Assembly (NCBI RefSeq): GCF_006345805.1
Contig: NC_043019.1
Span: forward strand, 31,743,360 to 31,807,359
Source of the DNA: Octopus sinensis
Lineage: Eukaryota
Reading direction: 5' to 3'
DNA length: 64,000 nt
Every line of letters begins with the position of its first letter. Within the stretch, counting starts at the first letter, position 1. The position numbers and the translations under genes were made by a program. Positions 1-13,469 of the stretch are shown one piece after another. The notes under the pieces are model-generated. The model had not been told where the DNA came from. It was given only the letters and a program-made list of their open reading frames with translations, and ran no database searches.

Positions 1-846
1 TACTCATCATACATATACAGTACACGTCATCATCATCATCATCATCGTCGTTGTTTAATGTCCGCTTTCTATACTGGCATGAGTAGAACGGTTTGACTGA
101 GGACTGGTGAGCCAGAAGGCTGCACCAGGCTCAATTGATCTGGCAATGTTTCTACAGCTGGATGCCCTTCCTAATGCCAACCACTCTGAGAGTCTAGTGG
201 GTGCTTTTATATTCCACCGGCACAAGGGCCAGTCAGGCGGCACTGGCAACGACCACATTCAAATGTTGTTTCTCACATGCCATCGGCACATGTGCTGGTA
301 AGGCGACACTGGCACTGATCACGCTCGAATAGTACTTTTCACGTGCCACCAGCGAGGGATGCAATCCGTGGCCCTGGCAAAGAGCACACTCGGATGTGCA
401 TGCATATGCATGCTACACTGTCACACACACTCTGTCTCTCTTTTACACACACACACATATATACATACATACATACATACACACACATCATATTTTGCTT
501 TGTATGTAACACTGTAATTATTAAAACATGTTTAGAACTTGATACAGTGATGTAGAGTAATATATTTGTATTCATAAAGCAATGTGAGTCAGCTTGTCAT
601 GTAAGCTATCATCGGTTTTCGCAAATTTGGTTTTCAGCTTCTGCTTATTTTTTACTTGGTATAGAAAATTATGAGAAATGTGGACATTGGACAAGTGTGG
701 GTGTGTGGTTAAGATGTTTACTTTACAATCACGTGGCTTCAGGTTCAGTCCTACTGTGCAATACTTTGGGCACGTGTCTGTTATCTAATATAGCACTGAC
801 CAATCCCTTGTGAGTGAATTTGGTAGATGGAAAATGGGTAAAAGCC

Positions 847-885
<39 letters not shown>

Positions 886-1174
886 TACATACATATATAT
901 ATATATATAATATATATATATATATATGTTATAATATGTATATATATTATATATTATATATATATATGTATATTATATGTATATAAATGTATATATATAT
1001 ATATATCTATATATGATATATATATATGTATGTATATATGTATATATATATGTATATATGTATGTATATATGTTATATGTATGTATATATGTATATATAT
1101 ATGTATATATATATATGGATATGTATATATATACATATATATGTATATATGTAATATATATATATACATATATA

Positions 1175-1419
1175 GGATCTTTAACCCTTTGAACGGCAGA
1201 TCAAGAAATTAATTTTTTGTAACTAAACACTTTCAAACTTTGGAGACTGGTAGAATGTGTCATATAAAACATCTTTTACTCTTAGTGTTGTAGAGAAAAG
1301 TTTGCCTTTTCAAAGTTACTTTGTGTTTTATATGACACATTCTACCAGTGTCCAAAGTTTGAAAGTGTTTAGTTACAAAAAATTAATTTCTCAATCTGCC
1401 GTTCAAAGGGAAACGATCC
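1175..1419. mobile_element. MITE inserted in (TA)n, with TIRs of about 100 bp
   Basis: GGATCTTTAACCCTTTGAACGGCAGA... / ...TCTGCCGTTCAAAGGGAAACGATCC, flanked by TA. Confidence 0.8.
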
Positions 1420-2377
1420 TATATATATATATATATATTATATATATTTATATTATTCATAATAGAATGTAAGGATAAAAATCGCGTTAATGATTTTTAT
1501 CAGGTAGTCAGCATGCTTTATAAAAATTTATAGGTAATTTATACATTAAATTAATAATAATATACATATGTAAATAATTATATTATGGGAGCAAGGGCAA
1601 AGACGACCTATCTCCAACATACTTGAAGTGCTGATACCTTCAAAACATTAGTTTTTTTAAGGTATTGGCACTTCAAGCATGCTGGAGATAGGATGTTTTT
1701 GCCCTTGCTCTCTTAATATAATTATATACACATGTATATCATATTAATATATATATGTACATACATATATGTATATCTAATATAGGATAAAATTTTCAAA
1801 AAGATTTTATCAGTGGCCAGCATATTAAAAAATACCTTTAAAGGTTAAATTTATAAACAACTTATAAACAAGGGCAAAAGAAAAAAACTCCAATGCCAAA
1901 TATGCCGAAACTAGACTTAAATCGTCAGTAACCACATAATTCATCACTATAAGCATGCATCTCGAAGCAAGCCGACAGAAAAAAATATGTTATATGTATA
2001 TATATACACATATACACATTTGGTAGAAGTGACAAAGTGCCTCAAGGGCCAATAGTTTCGTCTGTTGGCAGTTAGGAAACTAGTTTGATAAGTATCAACA
2101 CACAAAACTCTCAGGCCTTGAGAGTTTTTTCTTCTAAATTTTAATAAAAATATAAATGTATATATATCAGTGCTTGTTTTAATGTCATGATAAAAATGAT
2201 TTTACATTAAATTGAAGGATTACTCAATACAGTTGGTAGAGTACAAAATTTATTATTCTTTAACAAGAATAGTATTGACAGTGACTTCGAAGTTTTAGGC
2301 AGCCAAGCCATCATCATATTTGTTTGTATGTATGTATGGTGTGTGTGTGTGTGTGTGTTGTGTGTGTGTGTGTGTGT

Positions 2378-2419
<42 letters not shown>

Positions 2420-3252
2420 GGCATGTGGTTTGGCTGTTTGGGTATTTGACTTATGATCTTAAGGTCATGAGTTCAATTCTCTGCAGCACATTGTGCCTTT
2501 GATATAGTAAGTCCATGTATTTACTGGTAGGCTACGAATAGACATGATGGAGATTTCTCTCAAAGTGCAGGGTGTTTCAGGTGTTTTAACACTTGGCGCT
2601 TTGAAAGAGTATTCTCCATCATGCCAACAGCATCCTACTGGCAAATACACAAATTGTTTACCTGAAGTGTATGTGGTTGATACCATTTGATACATACATA
2701 TACATATATACTCTTTTACTTGTTTCAGTCATTTGACTGCAGCCATGCTTGAGCACTGCCTTTAGTCAAGCAAATCGACCCCAGTACTTATTCTTTGTAA
2801 CCCTAGTACTTATTCTATCGGTCTCTTTGCTGAACCACTAAGTTATGGGGACGTAAACACAGTGATGTTGAGGGGACAAACACAGACATACAAATACACA
2901 CACACACATATATATACATATACATATATACGACGAGCTTCTTTCAGTTTCCATCTACTTAATCCACTCACAAGGCTTTGGTCAGCCTGAGGCTATAGTA
3001 GAAGATACTTGCCCAAGGTGCCACACAGTGGGACTGAACCTGGAACCATGTGGTTGGTAAGCAAGCTATTTACCACACAGCTACTCCTGCGCCCATGTAT
3101 ATATAAGTGGTATTCATGGCCACTTTAACATGGCTGTCCATTCGAGCGGACTCTACTGCGATTTTTTAACCTGAAGAGGACATCTCCTCTAGCTGGTTAA
3201 CGATGCACAGATGCATCCATTAAAATTGTGAGCATATATCATCATCATCATC

Positions 3253-3304
<52 letters not shown>

Positions 3305-3630
3305 CCATTATCATCATCATCATCATCATCAACATTTAATGTCTGTCTTCCATACATGCATGAGTAGGACGGTTGACAAGAGTTGGCCTGGTAGAAGACT
3401 ACATTAGGCTACAGTGTCTGTTTTGACAGGGTTTTTACAGCTGGTTTGCTCTTCCTAACACCAACCACTCTGCAGAGTGGACTCACTAGCACAGGTGAGG
3501 TCAGTTTTGGTATGATTTTTACAGCTGGATGCCCTTCCAAAATGCCAACCACTTTGCAGTGTGAACTGGATGCTTTTTATGTGGTACCAGCACTGGCAGG
3601 GTCACCAAGTAACTCGCATATATATGTATG

Positions 3631-3663
<33 letters not shown>

Positions 3664-3803
3664 GAAGGTGTGCAGAATAAAAAGGCAAGACAATTTACAT
3701 AGAGACTTAGGGACTAATTTCTGTTTTCTGGCACTTTTCCATGGTCAGGTATTGGCCAAATCTGAAGGCTGCCAGATTGAGACCCAAACCAGCAGCAGCT
3801 ACA

Positions 3804-3804
3804 T

Positions 3805-3844
<40 letters not shown>

Positions 3845-3869
3845 GGTGGTGGTGGTGGTGGTGGTGGTG

Positions 3870-3905
<36 letters not shown>

Positions 3906-3975
3906 GTAACAGCTGTGATGGTGGGGGTAGTTGTGGTGGTGGTGGTGGTAGTAGCAGCAGCTCCAGTAGTTGTGG
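3804..3975. repeat. (TAG)n(TGG)n(TAG)n compound trinucleotide tract
   Basis: Read directly. Explains the poly-S/G/V/T/H ORFs. A similar (GTT)n(GGT)n tract lies at 48769-48900. Confidence 0.95.
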
Positions 3976-4358
3976 TAACCATACTTCTGTTTGTATATAT
4001 ACATACACTTACACACATACATATGCGCATACTCACAGATACACACACCCTCACACAAACACATATATGCCTTAGCAACTCTTTCCCTCTCTCTCTTCCT
4101 CCACACACACACTCCAACCAGCCACCTCCAAACACCACTAATTTCAACCATGCAATATTCTCTTCTCTTCCAATTACTGTGCCACGGCTGGTATTACAGA
4201 GTGCATGCCACCCACCCCCATCCCACCCTCACTGCCATTCACCATTGTGCAATGGCATCAAAGACATTTCAGTCTTTGGCACAGAGAACATGAAATGGAA
4301 GGATGGGGGAGCAAATCCTATTATCTCATTATTGGTATGATATATATGTGTGTGTATA

Positions 4359-4409
<51 letters not shown>

Positions 4410-4630
4410 CTGTGAGTGTTTATGCGTGCTTCTATATTTATGAATATGCAAGCATGTGTTATATCTGCACGTGTGTGTGTGTGTGTGTATACTTGCATGC
4501 ATTGATGTACTTGAATGCATGTTTATGTATATGTTAGTGTGTATGCATGCATGTGTTTGTGTGTGTACATGTATATATATGTATATATATTATATATGTC
4601 TATATTATATTATATATCTGTGCATATATA

Positions 4631-4679
<49 letters not shown>

Positions 4680-6059
4680 TGATTATATATGTCTGTATAT
4701 ATATATATATATAATCTATATATATTATATATGTGTGTGTATATATATATATACACACACATACATATATATGTATATATGGAAGCACATATGTATACAT
4801 ATATGTATAAATGAAAATATATGTGTGTGTGTATGTATATGTATGTATATGCATGTGTGTAAGCCTATGTATGCATGTATAAACATACATACATGAATTT
4901 TTGTATATGTGTGTGAGTGTGTGTGTGTGTATTTGAGTGCATATTGCTTCATGTGCCACATACATATAGAAACAAAAGTATCCTTTTTCACTCTGTGTCG
5001 AATGCAGGGTGATGCACCATTTGCATTTAATTAGTGAAGCATTTCGGAATTTCAGCACAAATCCAACTGGATCAGAATAATATTCCTGCTAAATGACGCC
5101 CAACTCACCATGGCTTTACTCATTGGCTGAGATTAATGCAATCTCATCTTAAGAGATTATTTACTCAACACTGAACAGTGACTATGAATTTAAGCCATGT
5201 GGTGAGGAAGTCTGCTTGACTATCACATGACCTCAAGTTCAAGTCTATGGCGTTTTGCCTTCGGAAAGCAGCTTCTACCATAGCCTAGTGTTGACCTAAG
5301 TCTCGTGAGTGAAATTTGGTTGACAAAAACTGTAGTGAATCCCAACCACTGAATTTTACTTATTTTGGACTTGTAGGCGTAGACCATTTATTACTGTGTT
5401 TTTTTGCTGACATATACTACCTTTGTTTCAGTTAATTTTTGAAATAATGCAAAATTTCATAAAATAAATTTCTCATTATTAAAATGATGCCTCGGACATA
5501 TTAGATCAAAATTTTGATGGAAGAGTTAGAGTTATAAATTCAGAGTACCTTATAACTGTAAATTTGAGTCATAGAAATTGTATCAGAGGTAGCCTCGAGC
5601 AGGTTGGTATCAAAATGGTTTAATCTGCTGCTTGGTTTAATGACTTCCACCTTGCTCAAGTGCCAGTTTGTGGGGTTATTAATCTTCTCATCTATTTCTA
5701 GCACATGAGGTGACTGTGTAGAAACTCCCCTGCTTTGCTTGAGGCTGGTACTGGGACAATGTCGGCTGGCTGGTAATGTGGAGATGTTAACTGTAGTTGG
5801 AAGGAAGTTACTCTTGAACTGGCGACCTGCGTTGACTGCTTCTAACAGAGTGTGCTGATCTAAAGACACCTCAGGGTTAGACAGTGGTGATGTAGGTGAT
5901 GGTTGTGATGGTGTCGGCAGCAGCAGTGATGGTGGCAACAGCAGTGCTGGTGGTGATAGCAGTGGTGGTGGTGGTGGTGATAAACTGGGTAGATAATGGA
6001 TTGAAAGACATCTCTTTGACAGTCAGGTTGTTGAATTCCAAAAGCTAAATGGACTGAAG

Positions 6060-6583
6060 TACCATATTTTCTGGCATAAAAGTCGAATTTTTCTAACCAA
6101 AATTTACAGCCAAAACATATACACTCAGTTAACATATACACTCAGACAACTGTGGAGGACCAAAAATTCCATGTGAAATGCAGCAGCATTTGGAAAGATA
6201 GTGGCAATGTTTGAGTATTTACACTACATGTTTACACTATATATTACATTAAATTGTATGCTGGAAAATAATGTGTGTATGTATGAACCAATGAAAGAAA
6301 CCTCTACATAGTTGCTAGACCTGTTAGAAATTTCAGCTAAATCTCTTTCAAATTCCATCCCTCTGCCTTATATATGAACTTACCATATTTCCAGGCATAC
6401 AAGTTGAACTTTTCAAATCAAAATTTACAGCCAAAAAACAAAAAAAGGCTGACTTATATATCAAGATGACTTTGAAGGACCAAAAATGTCCATGTGAACT
6501 GCAGCAGGATTTGGAAAGATAGTGACAATGTTTGAACGTTTACACTGTATGCTACATTGACTTTTATGCTGGAAAATACAGTA
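6060..6583. mobile_element. Two adjacent pogo/Tc1-like MITEs of about 200 bp (6060-6275 and 6381-6583)
   Basis: TIR-like ends TACCATATTTTCTGGCATAAAAG / TTTTATGCTGGAAAATACAGTA. Related fragments at about 6670, 38000-38190 and 40480-40670. Confidence 0.6.
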
Positions 6584-6950
6584 TGAACCATTGAAGGAAA
6601 CCATCACATGATCTGCTAGTGTGAGAAATAGTTACTAAATCCCTTTCAAATCACATCCTTCTATTTTGTACTGTATTTTCTGGCATAGAAATTTGAATTT
6701 TCCAGTCCAAAATTTACTGCCAAAAGGGTAGGTGAACTTATTCAAGGCTGGCCCTTTGAATTATAGGTACAACTTATTCTGGCTGGCTTAGTGGACTAAA
6801 GCAATGAGAAATAGAATGTCTTGCTCAAGGACAAAATGTGTCACCAGGAATCGAACTGATGACCTTCTGATTGTTCACCAAATACCTTACCCACAAGGCC
6901 ACATGCTTAGCAACCATTAAGCCACATACTTTGATCATGGATTTGTTCAA

Positions 6951-7193
6951 TTAGGGCCTACCTGAGTCTAAATAGCAATTAACAGGTGAGGGACGTTTTT
7001 GTTTGTTATTATTAAACCTTGAATCCATGATACCAGAGCCATATCTATAACAAGCTTCTATAAAGTTTCCTCCTGACAAAATTCCAGTGGGAAGATATTC
7101 GTCAACCAAAGATAGAAACTCTTGTCCAATGTGTTGTAGGATGGAGCTGTAAATCATATTAATAGTTATCACCAAGCTAATATGGCAGTCCAT
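6951..7193 (-). mobile_element. Possible Penelope-like element ORF remnant
   Basis: HIGQEFLSLVDEYLP resembles the NIGKxFLxLIDKHFP motif between the PLE RT and GIY-YIG domains. Similarity judged by eye only. Confidence 0.35.
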
Positions 7194-7920
7194 AAATATA
7201 GGACGAAAGCTACCGTTGATTAGCTCCTATGTTTATGGACTGCCATATTAGCTTGGCAATAACTATTAATATCCAGTACTGCTGCCGTAGTCTCCTTTAG
7301 AGAGACTTAGAAATAATAATATTTCTACTGTAAATCATGTTTCTCAGAAATTAACTTCATAACCACTACACAACCTTACCTGCTACTAATTTTTTTAATT
7401 AACCAATTAATTAATTAACTATTGAAGATTGTTCCCTCTGTGAATTTCTGCATGTATCCTCATTTCCCTGTACCACAATTAATATCATTCCATTTTCTAT
7501 GTGTATTCTGGTATTTTGTTTGCATGCAGTGAAAAAAAAGACAAGAAAAAACATGTTTACTCTTACCATTTAAAATTACAAGAGTGAAAATAGTTATAGA
7601 TATGTGTATATATGTATGATGTCTGTAAATATGTGTGCTTGCACTTATAGCTAGATACCTACATACACATTTGTTGACTCTATCTTATCTATTTTCATTC
7701 CCTTTCACTCTCCCCCACTTTCACACACTCTCTCACACACTTATATATGTACTTATATTCATAGAAATAAATAAATATATATATATGTATATATATATTT
7801 ATATATATATACATATATATGAGTGTGTGTGTGTATGCATTTATATATATGCATATATGTACATATCTGTATATCTATATATACATATATATACACACAC
7901 ACACACACATATATATGTAA

Positions 7921-7963
<43 letters not shown>

Positions 7964-8386
7964 CACATATATATATACATATTATATATTTACATAAATA
8001 CACATTATATATATTTTTGTTATTAAGCAAATACGTATGTATATTTCTGCAATTGAAAAAATAATGTGCATATATATATATGGTGTCACTTAGGTTTAGC
8101 AACATGTTATTAGAACTCAATGTACATCAGGTAAGTACAGAGTGTAATATCAATTAATAAATGACAAAAGAATAGGAATTACATAATCACTTCTGTCTAC
8201 TATAAGAAGTTCAAACCCAGAGCTGAATACTTCTGGTACATCCTTTAGCTCCATCAGAGTCATTGAAAGGAATTTTATGTTTATTGCAGAAAGCAAATTA
8301 AATACACAGGGCTGGTTACATCTAGAATTGAAAATAATATGATAGAGTTTGGTAGATTCATCGGTGAAAAATTACATACAGACACC

Positions 8387-8467
<81 letters not shown>

Positions 8468-8603
8468 CCAGTTCAAATATGCTTTGAAGAATATTCAAAC
8501 TTGTAAGAAAGCCATTCACTGTATTTTGTCTTAGTGAAAATTCTTGCTGTAGACAACTAGGTGTAATTACACTGAGTCAGTTCAAAGTTCCTTCTAACCA
8601 GAT

Positions 8604-8649
8604 TGTTGGATGCATGCATTTCAGTGTAGTTATCTCCTCCTCAGCATCA
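8604..8649 (-). ncRNA. Type I hammerhead ribozyme motif (ATGCATGCAT stem III family)
   Basis: Minus strand reads tgatg CTGAGGA ggag ataacta cact GAAA tgcatgcat C caaca. Core intact, AUC site, one mismatch each in stems I and II. Confidence 0.65.
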
Positions 8650-8951
8650 GATACTGGAAAGGTGAATGCTATGAAATGACAAGAGATAGATATTTCTTAT
8701 CATCTTCCCATCATTGTACTGTAACTGGTTGTGCTAATCGATGGCTTGCTGTAAATGAAATAAAATACAATATAGAATAGACACACTAAACAGTGATGTG
8801 TGTAGAGACATATCTGTTACCAGATCAAACATGCTTGAGTTTGAATGTGATTCAGGCATATTTGAACTGGTAACAAGTTTGTATTTATGCCTGTCACTGT
8901 TTAGTGCTTATGTTCCATAATGATAATATTATATTTGGATGTATGGACATA

Positions 8952-9868
8952 TATGAGGTGGTATCAAAAGGATCTTGGACTAGTTATGTTTAATAAAAAG
9001 TGACTTATTTACCTAAGTTTTAACATCAGCTCCTTCGAAATAGTCACCTTGCGATGCAGCAATTCAATGGTCCCAGTGTTCCTGCCACTTTTGGAATCTG
9101 GCCTGGAAGTCATTTTCTCTGAGTTGAAGGCCTTCTGTTATTTGCTCTGGATCTCGCCAACAGTGTTAAAATGGTGACCTTTGGGCTGCATTTTTATCTT
9201 GGGGAAGAGCTGGAAGCCTGCAGGTGCTAAATCTGGCAAATAAGGTGTGTGTGGAATGATACCATGTTGTATTTTTGGCAAGAAACTCATGAGTGACGAG
9301 AGCTCGGTGACAGGGTGCATTGTTGTTATGAAGAATCCAGTTCTTCATGTTCCACAGATCTGGTCACTTTCGCTAATTGTCCTCCTTCAAATGCTTCAAA
9401 ACATCGCAGTAGAACTCTTGATTGATGGTCTGGCCCTGGGGGATGAATTCTTGATACCACATTTCGAGGGGTGACACTCATGGCAGGTCTTCCAGATCAC
9501 TCATCATCTCCCAGAGATGTTCATCCAATTTTGAAGCACCATGCCACTCAAAACATTGTGTGCAACCCTTTGCCATGTTGCCGTAAGCTTGCCAAAGCAT
9601 ACTCAATTTCTCTGTAGCAGACTTCCCAAGTTTAACACAAAATTTCACGCTGGTTCTTTGTTCTAACTTCCTGTCCATGACAAAATCACAGGCTACAGCA
9701 TAAACATGACCACATAAACACAAATTTCACAACTTGTGAAGTAAACACAGCAATGTCACTTGGCACACGGTCTCATAAAGGTCACTACTACCTCTGCTCC
9801 CAACTGTGTGCTGCCATCTGTTGGTGTGCTACAAGGCTAGTTTTAGAACTTTTTAATACCACCTTGTA
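8952..9868 (-). mobile_element. Internally deleted mariner DNA transposon
   Basis: About 30-bp imperfect TIRs (TAtgaggtggtatcaaaag / ctttttaataccaccttgTA) with TA ends. Transposase N-terminus EQR.SVKFCVKLGKSATE and C-terminal LHNNNAPCH and PY.PDLAP.GF.LFPK, with frameshifts. Confidence 0.9.
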
Positions 9869-10753
9869 TATATGTATATGTGTGCGTGTGTGTGTGTGTG
9901 TGTGCATGCGTGCATGTATGTGTGTATGGAAATGAGGTTTGCTTCCACATCACAAGTAGGCATGTAAAATTGGTTTTGTGGTTGAAATGCACCTGGGTCT
10001 GAAAATTAATTTTAGTTTCATTTAAATTTTTTTTCTATAATTTATTAAAATAGCATACAATTTTTTCACCAACTTCTTCGTTTTTCACTGGTGAATAAAA
10101 AAAAAAAGAAAAAAAAAGAACAAATTATAAGTTCAAAATGAAGAGAATGCACAGGAAAATGTTCTATAGCATCAAAACATGTTTGAAAATCAATTGTTCA
10201 AAAAGTGTCATAGCGAAATTACATGATGAAAATTCAAGCATTCAATAAATTTCACAGCAATAAGAAATTATGAAAGTTCAAATGTTTAATAAATTTCATA
10301 ACAATAATACATAATAGAAATTTCAAAGATCAGTAAGTTTCAAATCAATAAGTTGTGTTAGCGATCAGATATGAGGAAAATTTTAAAGATGAAAAAAATT
10401 AATTTACATGATTTTATATTGTGTGAAGAATTCTAAATTGTCTGGTTTATTCGTGGAACTTGGACTATGTTTCAAGTGAAGATTTACACCCATTTTCACA
10501 TCCACTTTTCGATGCTTGCATGGGTCTGAGGGAATTTATTGAGGCAGAACATCTTTATGGCTGGATGCCCATCCTGTCACCAATGCTCGCTTGTTTCCAA
10601 TTAAGGTAATATTTACCCATGGTCAGATAATGTTTTTGCAGAATATTGGAAATGAATGACATTGATTTATAACAATCATTTGATGTCAAAACAAGGAGAC
10701 ACAAACATATGCACATACATATATATAACTACATCTATCTATCTCTCTATAAC

Positions 10754-10807
<54 letters not shown>

Positions 10808-10817
10808 GGTTCTCTTT

Positions 10818-10903
10818 CTTTCCTGATGAGAAGATTACATTATTTGACACTGTTTATTCCTTTGGAATAAAACCAATATTATCTTTGAAACATATGTCGA
10901 AAG
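10818..10903 (+). ncRNA. Type I hammerhead ribozyme motif, full consensus
   Basis: ctttc CTGATGA gaagat (45-nt loop) atcttt GAAA catatg T C gaaag. Stem I 5 bp, stem II 6 bp, palindromic stem III ACATATGT, GUC site at 10896-10898. Confidence 0.8.
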
Positions 10904-11996
10904 TAAAAGAATTTGAATAACATCAGCATTCAACTCCATTTATTTACTTATATATGTGTGTGTGTGTGTGTGTGCGTGCATGTATGTATGTATGTATGTA
11001 TACATATATAAATACATCTTAGGCTCCTCTCAGTTTTTGAATACCAAATCCTCTCACAATATTTTGGTCAGCCCAGAGTTATAGTAGAAGACACTTTCCT
11101 AAGGTGCCATGCTGTTGGACTGAACTTAGGTAATAATAGTTACACCTGTTCCTATTATTGCTGTGTTTATTTAAGTTTTAAGGCAGAGGTTCAAATCCTG
11201 ACTGGTCATTTACTCAGACATTAAAAATTTTTTTTAAATTATACTCAAACATAAACAACCCTCGTCATGATGCAAGCTGTGCCAATGTGAAGATTCCCAG
11301 AGATATACTTCACTCACATACACACACACACACCACATACACACACACACACTCACGTATACATACATACACACATATTCACGCATGTACTCAGACATGC
11401 ACACACGCAAACACACATGCTCATATGCATATTCATACACATACATATCTATCTATCTATATCTATCATCAACATCATCATCATTTAACATCCATTTTCC
11501 ATGATTTGATAGGAGCTGGCAAGTCAGAAGAGCGCACCAAGCTTTGCTGTCTGTTTTGGCATAGTTTCTATGCCTGGATACCCTCCTTAATGCCAGTCAA
11601 TACATACATACATACATACATACATACATACATACATACATACATACATACATACATCATCATTATTGCTTAACATCTGCCTTCCATGCTGGCATGGGTT
11701 AGATAGTTTGACAGGAGTTGACTAGGCTGGAACCTGCACCAGACTTCTGTCTGTTTTGGCAGGGTTTTTATGGCTGGATGCCCTTCCTACCCCCACCCCC
11801 AGCAGAGTGGATTGAATGCTTTTTACATAGCACCAGCACAAGCGAGGTTAATTTTGACAAGGTTTTTACAGTTGGATGCCCTTCCAAATGCCAACCACTT
11901 CACAGTGTGGACTGGATGCTTTTTACATGACATCAGCACTGTATATATACACACACACACACATATATATATACACACACACATGTGTATATGTGA

Positions 11997-12032
<36 letters not shown>

Positions 12033-12505
12033 TTGCATTCATGCAAAAATGTATGTATGTATATGCATTCCCATGCATATATATACTCTATTATCAAGCA
12101 ATAATGTATCCAGTAATTTCTTGATATTTTTATCCTCATATCATTATCATTTTCTTCTATTTAATTAATTTTATTTCATTTCTAGTTTCATCACTTTTTT
12201 TTTATTTATTTGGTATTTACTTATTCCTATTCCATCAGTTTTCGCTTCCATTTCCTTCGACTTCCTTACTAAGAAAAGGAAACAACTTAATTTCATTAAA
12301 AGTGTCACCCGCTACAACAGATATATTCAGCAGACATGAACTCCGTCGATTTGTTTGTTTGGATTGTTACAATTTCCTTCCTTTCGCTATTGAAGTGAAT
12401 TGTTTAATGAGGCTTTATTTAATGTCTGAATTGAACAGGAAATTCATTGGAACATTATATTCTATGAGATCCTTTACTATTTTGATATAAAAATACTTAC
12501 ACACA

Positions 12506-12545
<40 letters not shown>

Positions 12546-12643
12546 CACAAACATGTATATACATATATACATATACATAGAACTTAATGTGATCAATACA
12601 ATAATAGTATATATATATGAATACAAAACTCAGTGTCATCATA

Positions 12644-12684
<41 letters not shown>

Positions 12685-12761
12685 GTGTGTACGTGTGTGT
12701 GTGCGTGTGTGTGTGTGTGTGTGTGTATAACTTGATGTAATTATGATGATAAGTATATATG

Positions 12762-13067
12762 GGTACTACTTAAGAAGAGTGGTCCCGGTGCGCGCACTTG
12801 CGTACTCACTCATCCGCGCTAGCTAGTTGTGACTAGTCGATCCTACAATGACTACCTAGCAAAGTAAATAAATCATGTTTTTACACAAAGTAATTAATTT
12901 TTTTTTTAACAAAGTAAATAAAACACAAAAACACAAAGTAAATAATTTTTCTAAACAAAGTAAGTAAAATGCAAAAACACAAAGTAAGGATCGACTAGTC
13001 ACGACCAATAGCGCAATGCACGAGTACGCGAGTGCGCGCACTGGGACCACTCTTCTTAAGTAGTACC
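12762..13067. mobile_element. MITE with long CpG-rich TIRs and internal CAAAGTAAATAA repeats
   Basis: GGTACTACTTAAGAAGAGTGGTCCC... is mirrored by ...GGGACCACTCTTCTTAAGTAGTACC, with arms of about 85 bp. Confidence 0.8.
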
Positions 13068-13095
13068 ATATATATGTATACACATATTGACACAC

Positions 13096-13130
<35 letters not shown>

Positions 13131-13169
13131 ACACATATACACACATTACACATATTGACACACTTTATA

Positions 13170-13217
<48 letters not shown>

Positions 13218-13345
13218 CATACACACGTACATGACATATGCGTGGTGGGGGTTATATATGTGTATATTTGTATATAGCTTTTGTGATTACAGTAAAAATA
13301 AATGTTAAAATATTTCCTAAGTGTTCTCTTCTTGTATTTTTCCAG

Positions 13346-13469
13346 GAACATTACAAGAAAGATGATTTAACTGGTGAAGGGGATACCAGAGATTCTCCAA
13401 GTCACAAGATCAAACCCTCTGAAGAGACCACACCCTACGGTGCCATACCAAATGGCAAACCTAACACAG
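13346..13469 (+). CDS. OTOF: Otoferlin-like gene, internal exon (linker upstream of C2E): EHYKKDDLTGEGDTRDSPSHKIKPSEETTPYGAIPNGKPNT
   Basis: Acceptor ttcttgtatttttccAG and donor ACAG|GTGAGA. 124 nt, open, ends in phase 1 and joins the next exon in frame (G+AT=Asp). No motif match of its own; assigned by phase continuity. Confidence 0.75.

Noticed and set aside
1885-1930. GCCGAAACTAG on + and CTGACGA on -
   Set aside because: The two core halves are on opposite strands, and neither strand gives a full hammerhead.
7190-7230. GTCC...GGAC-GAAA hammerhead-like stem II within the foldback
   Set aside because: No CUGANGA upstream and no valid stem III/stem I geometry.
8094-8136. Strong donor CAG|GTAAGT at 8131 with an upstream open frame (FSNMLLELNVHQ) that is phase-compatible with exon 13346
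   Set aside because: There is no pyrimidine tract at the candidate acceptors and no similarity to the expected ferlin DWWSKY region. It needs RNA-seq support.
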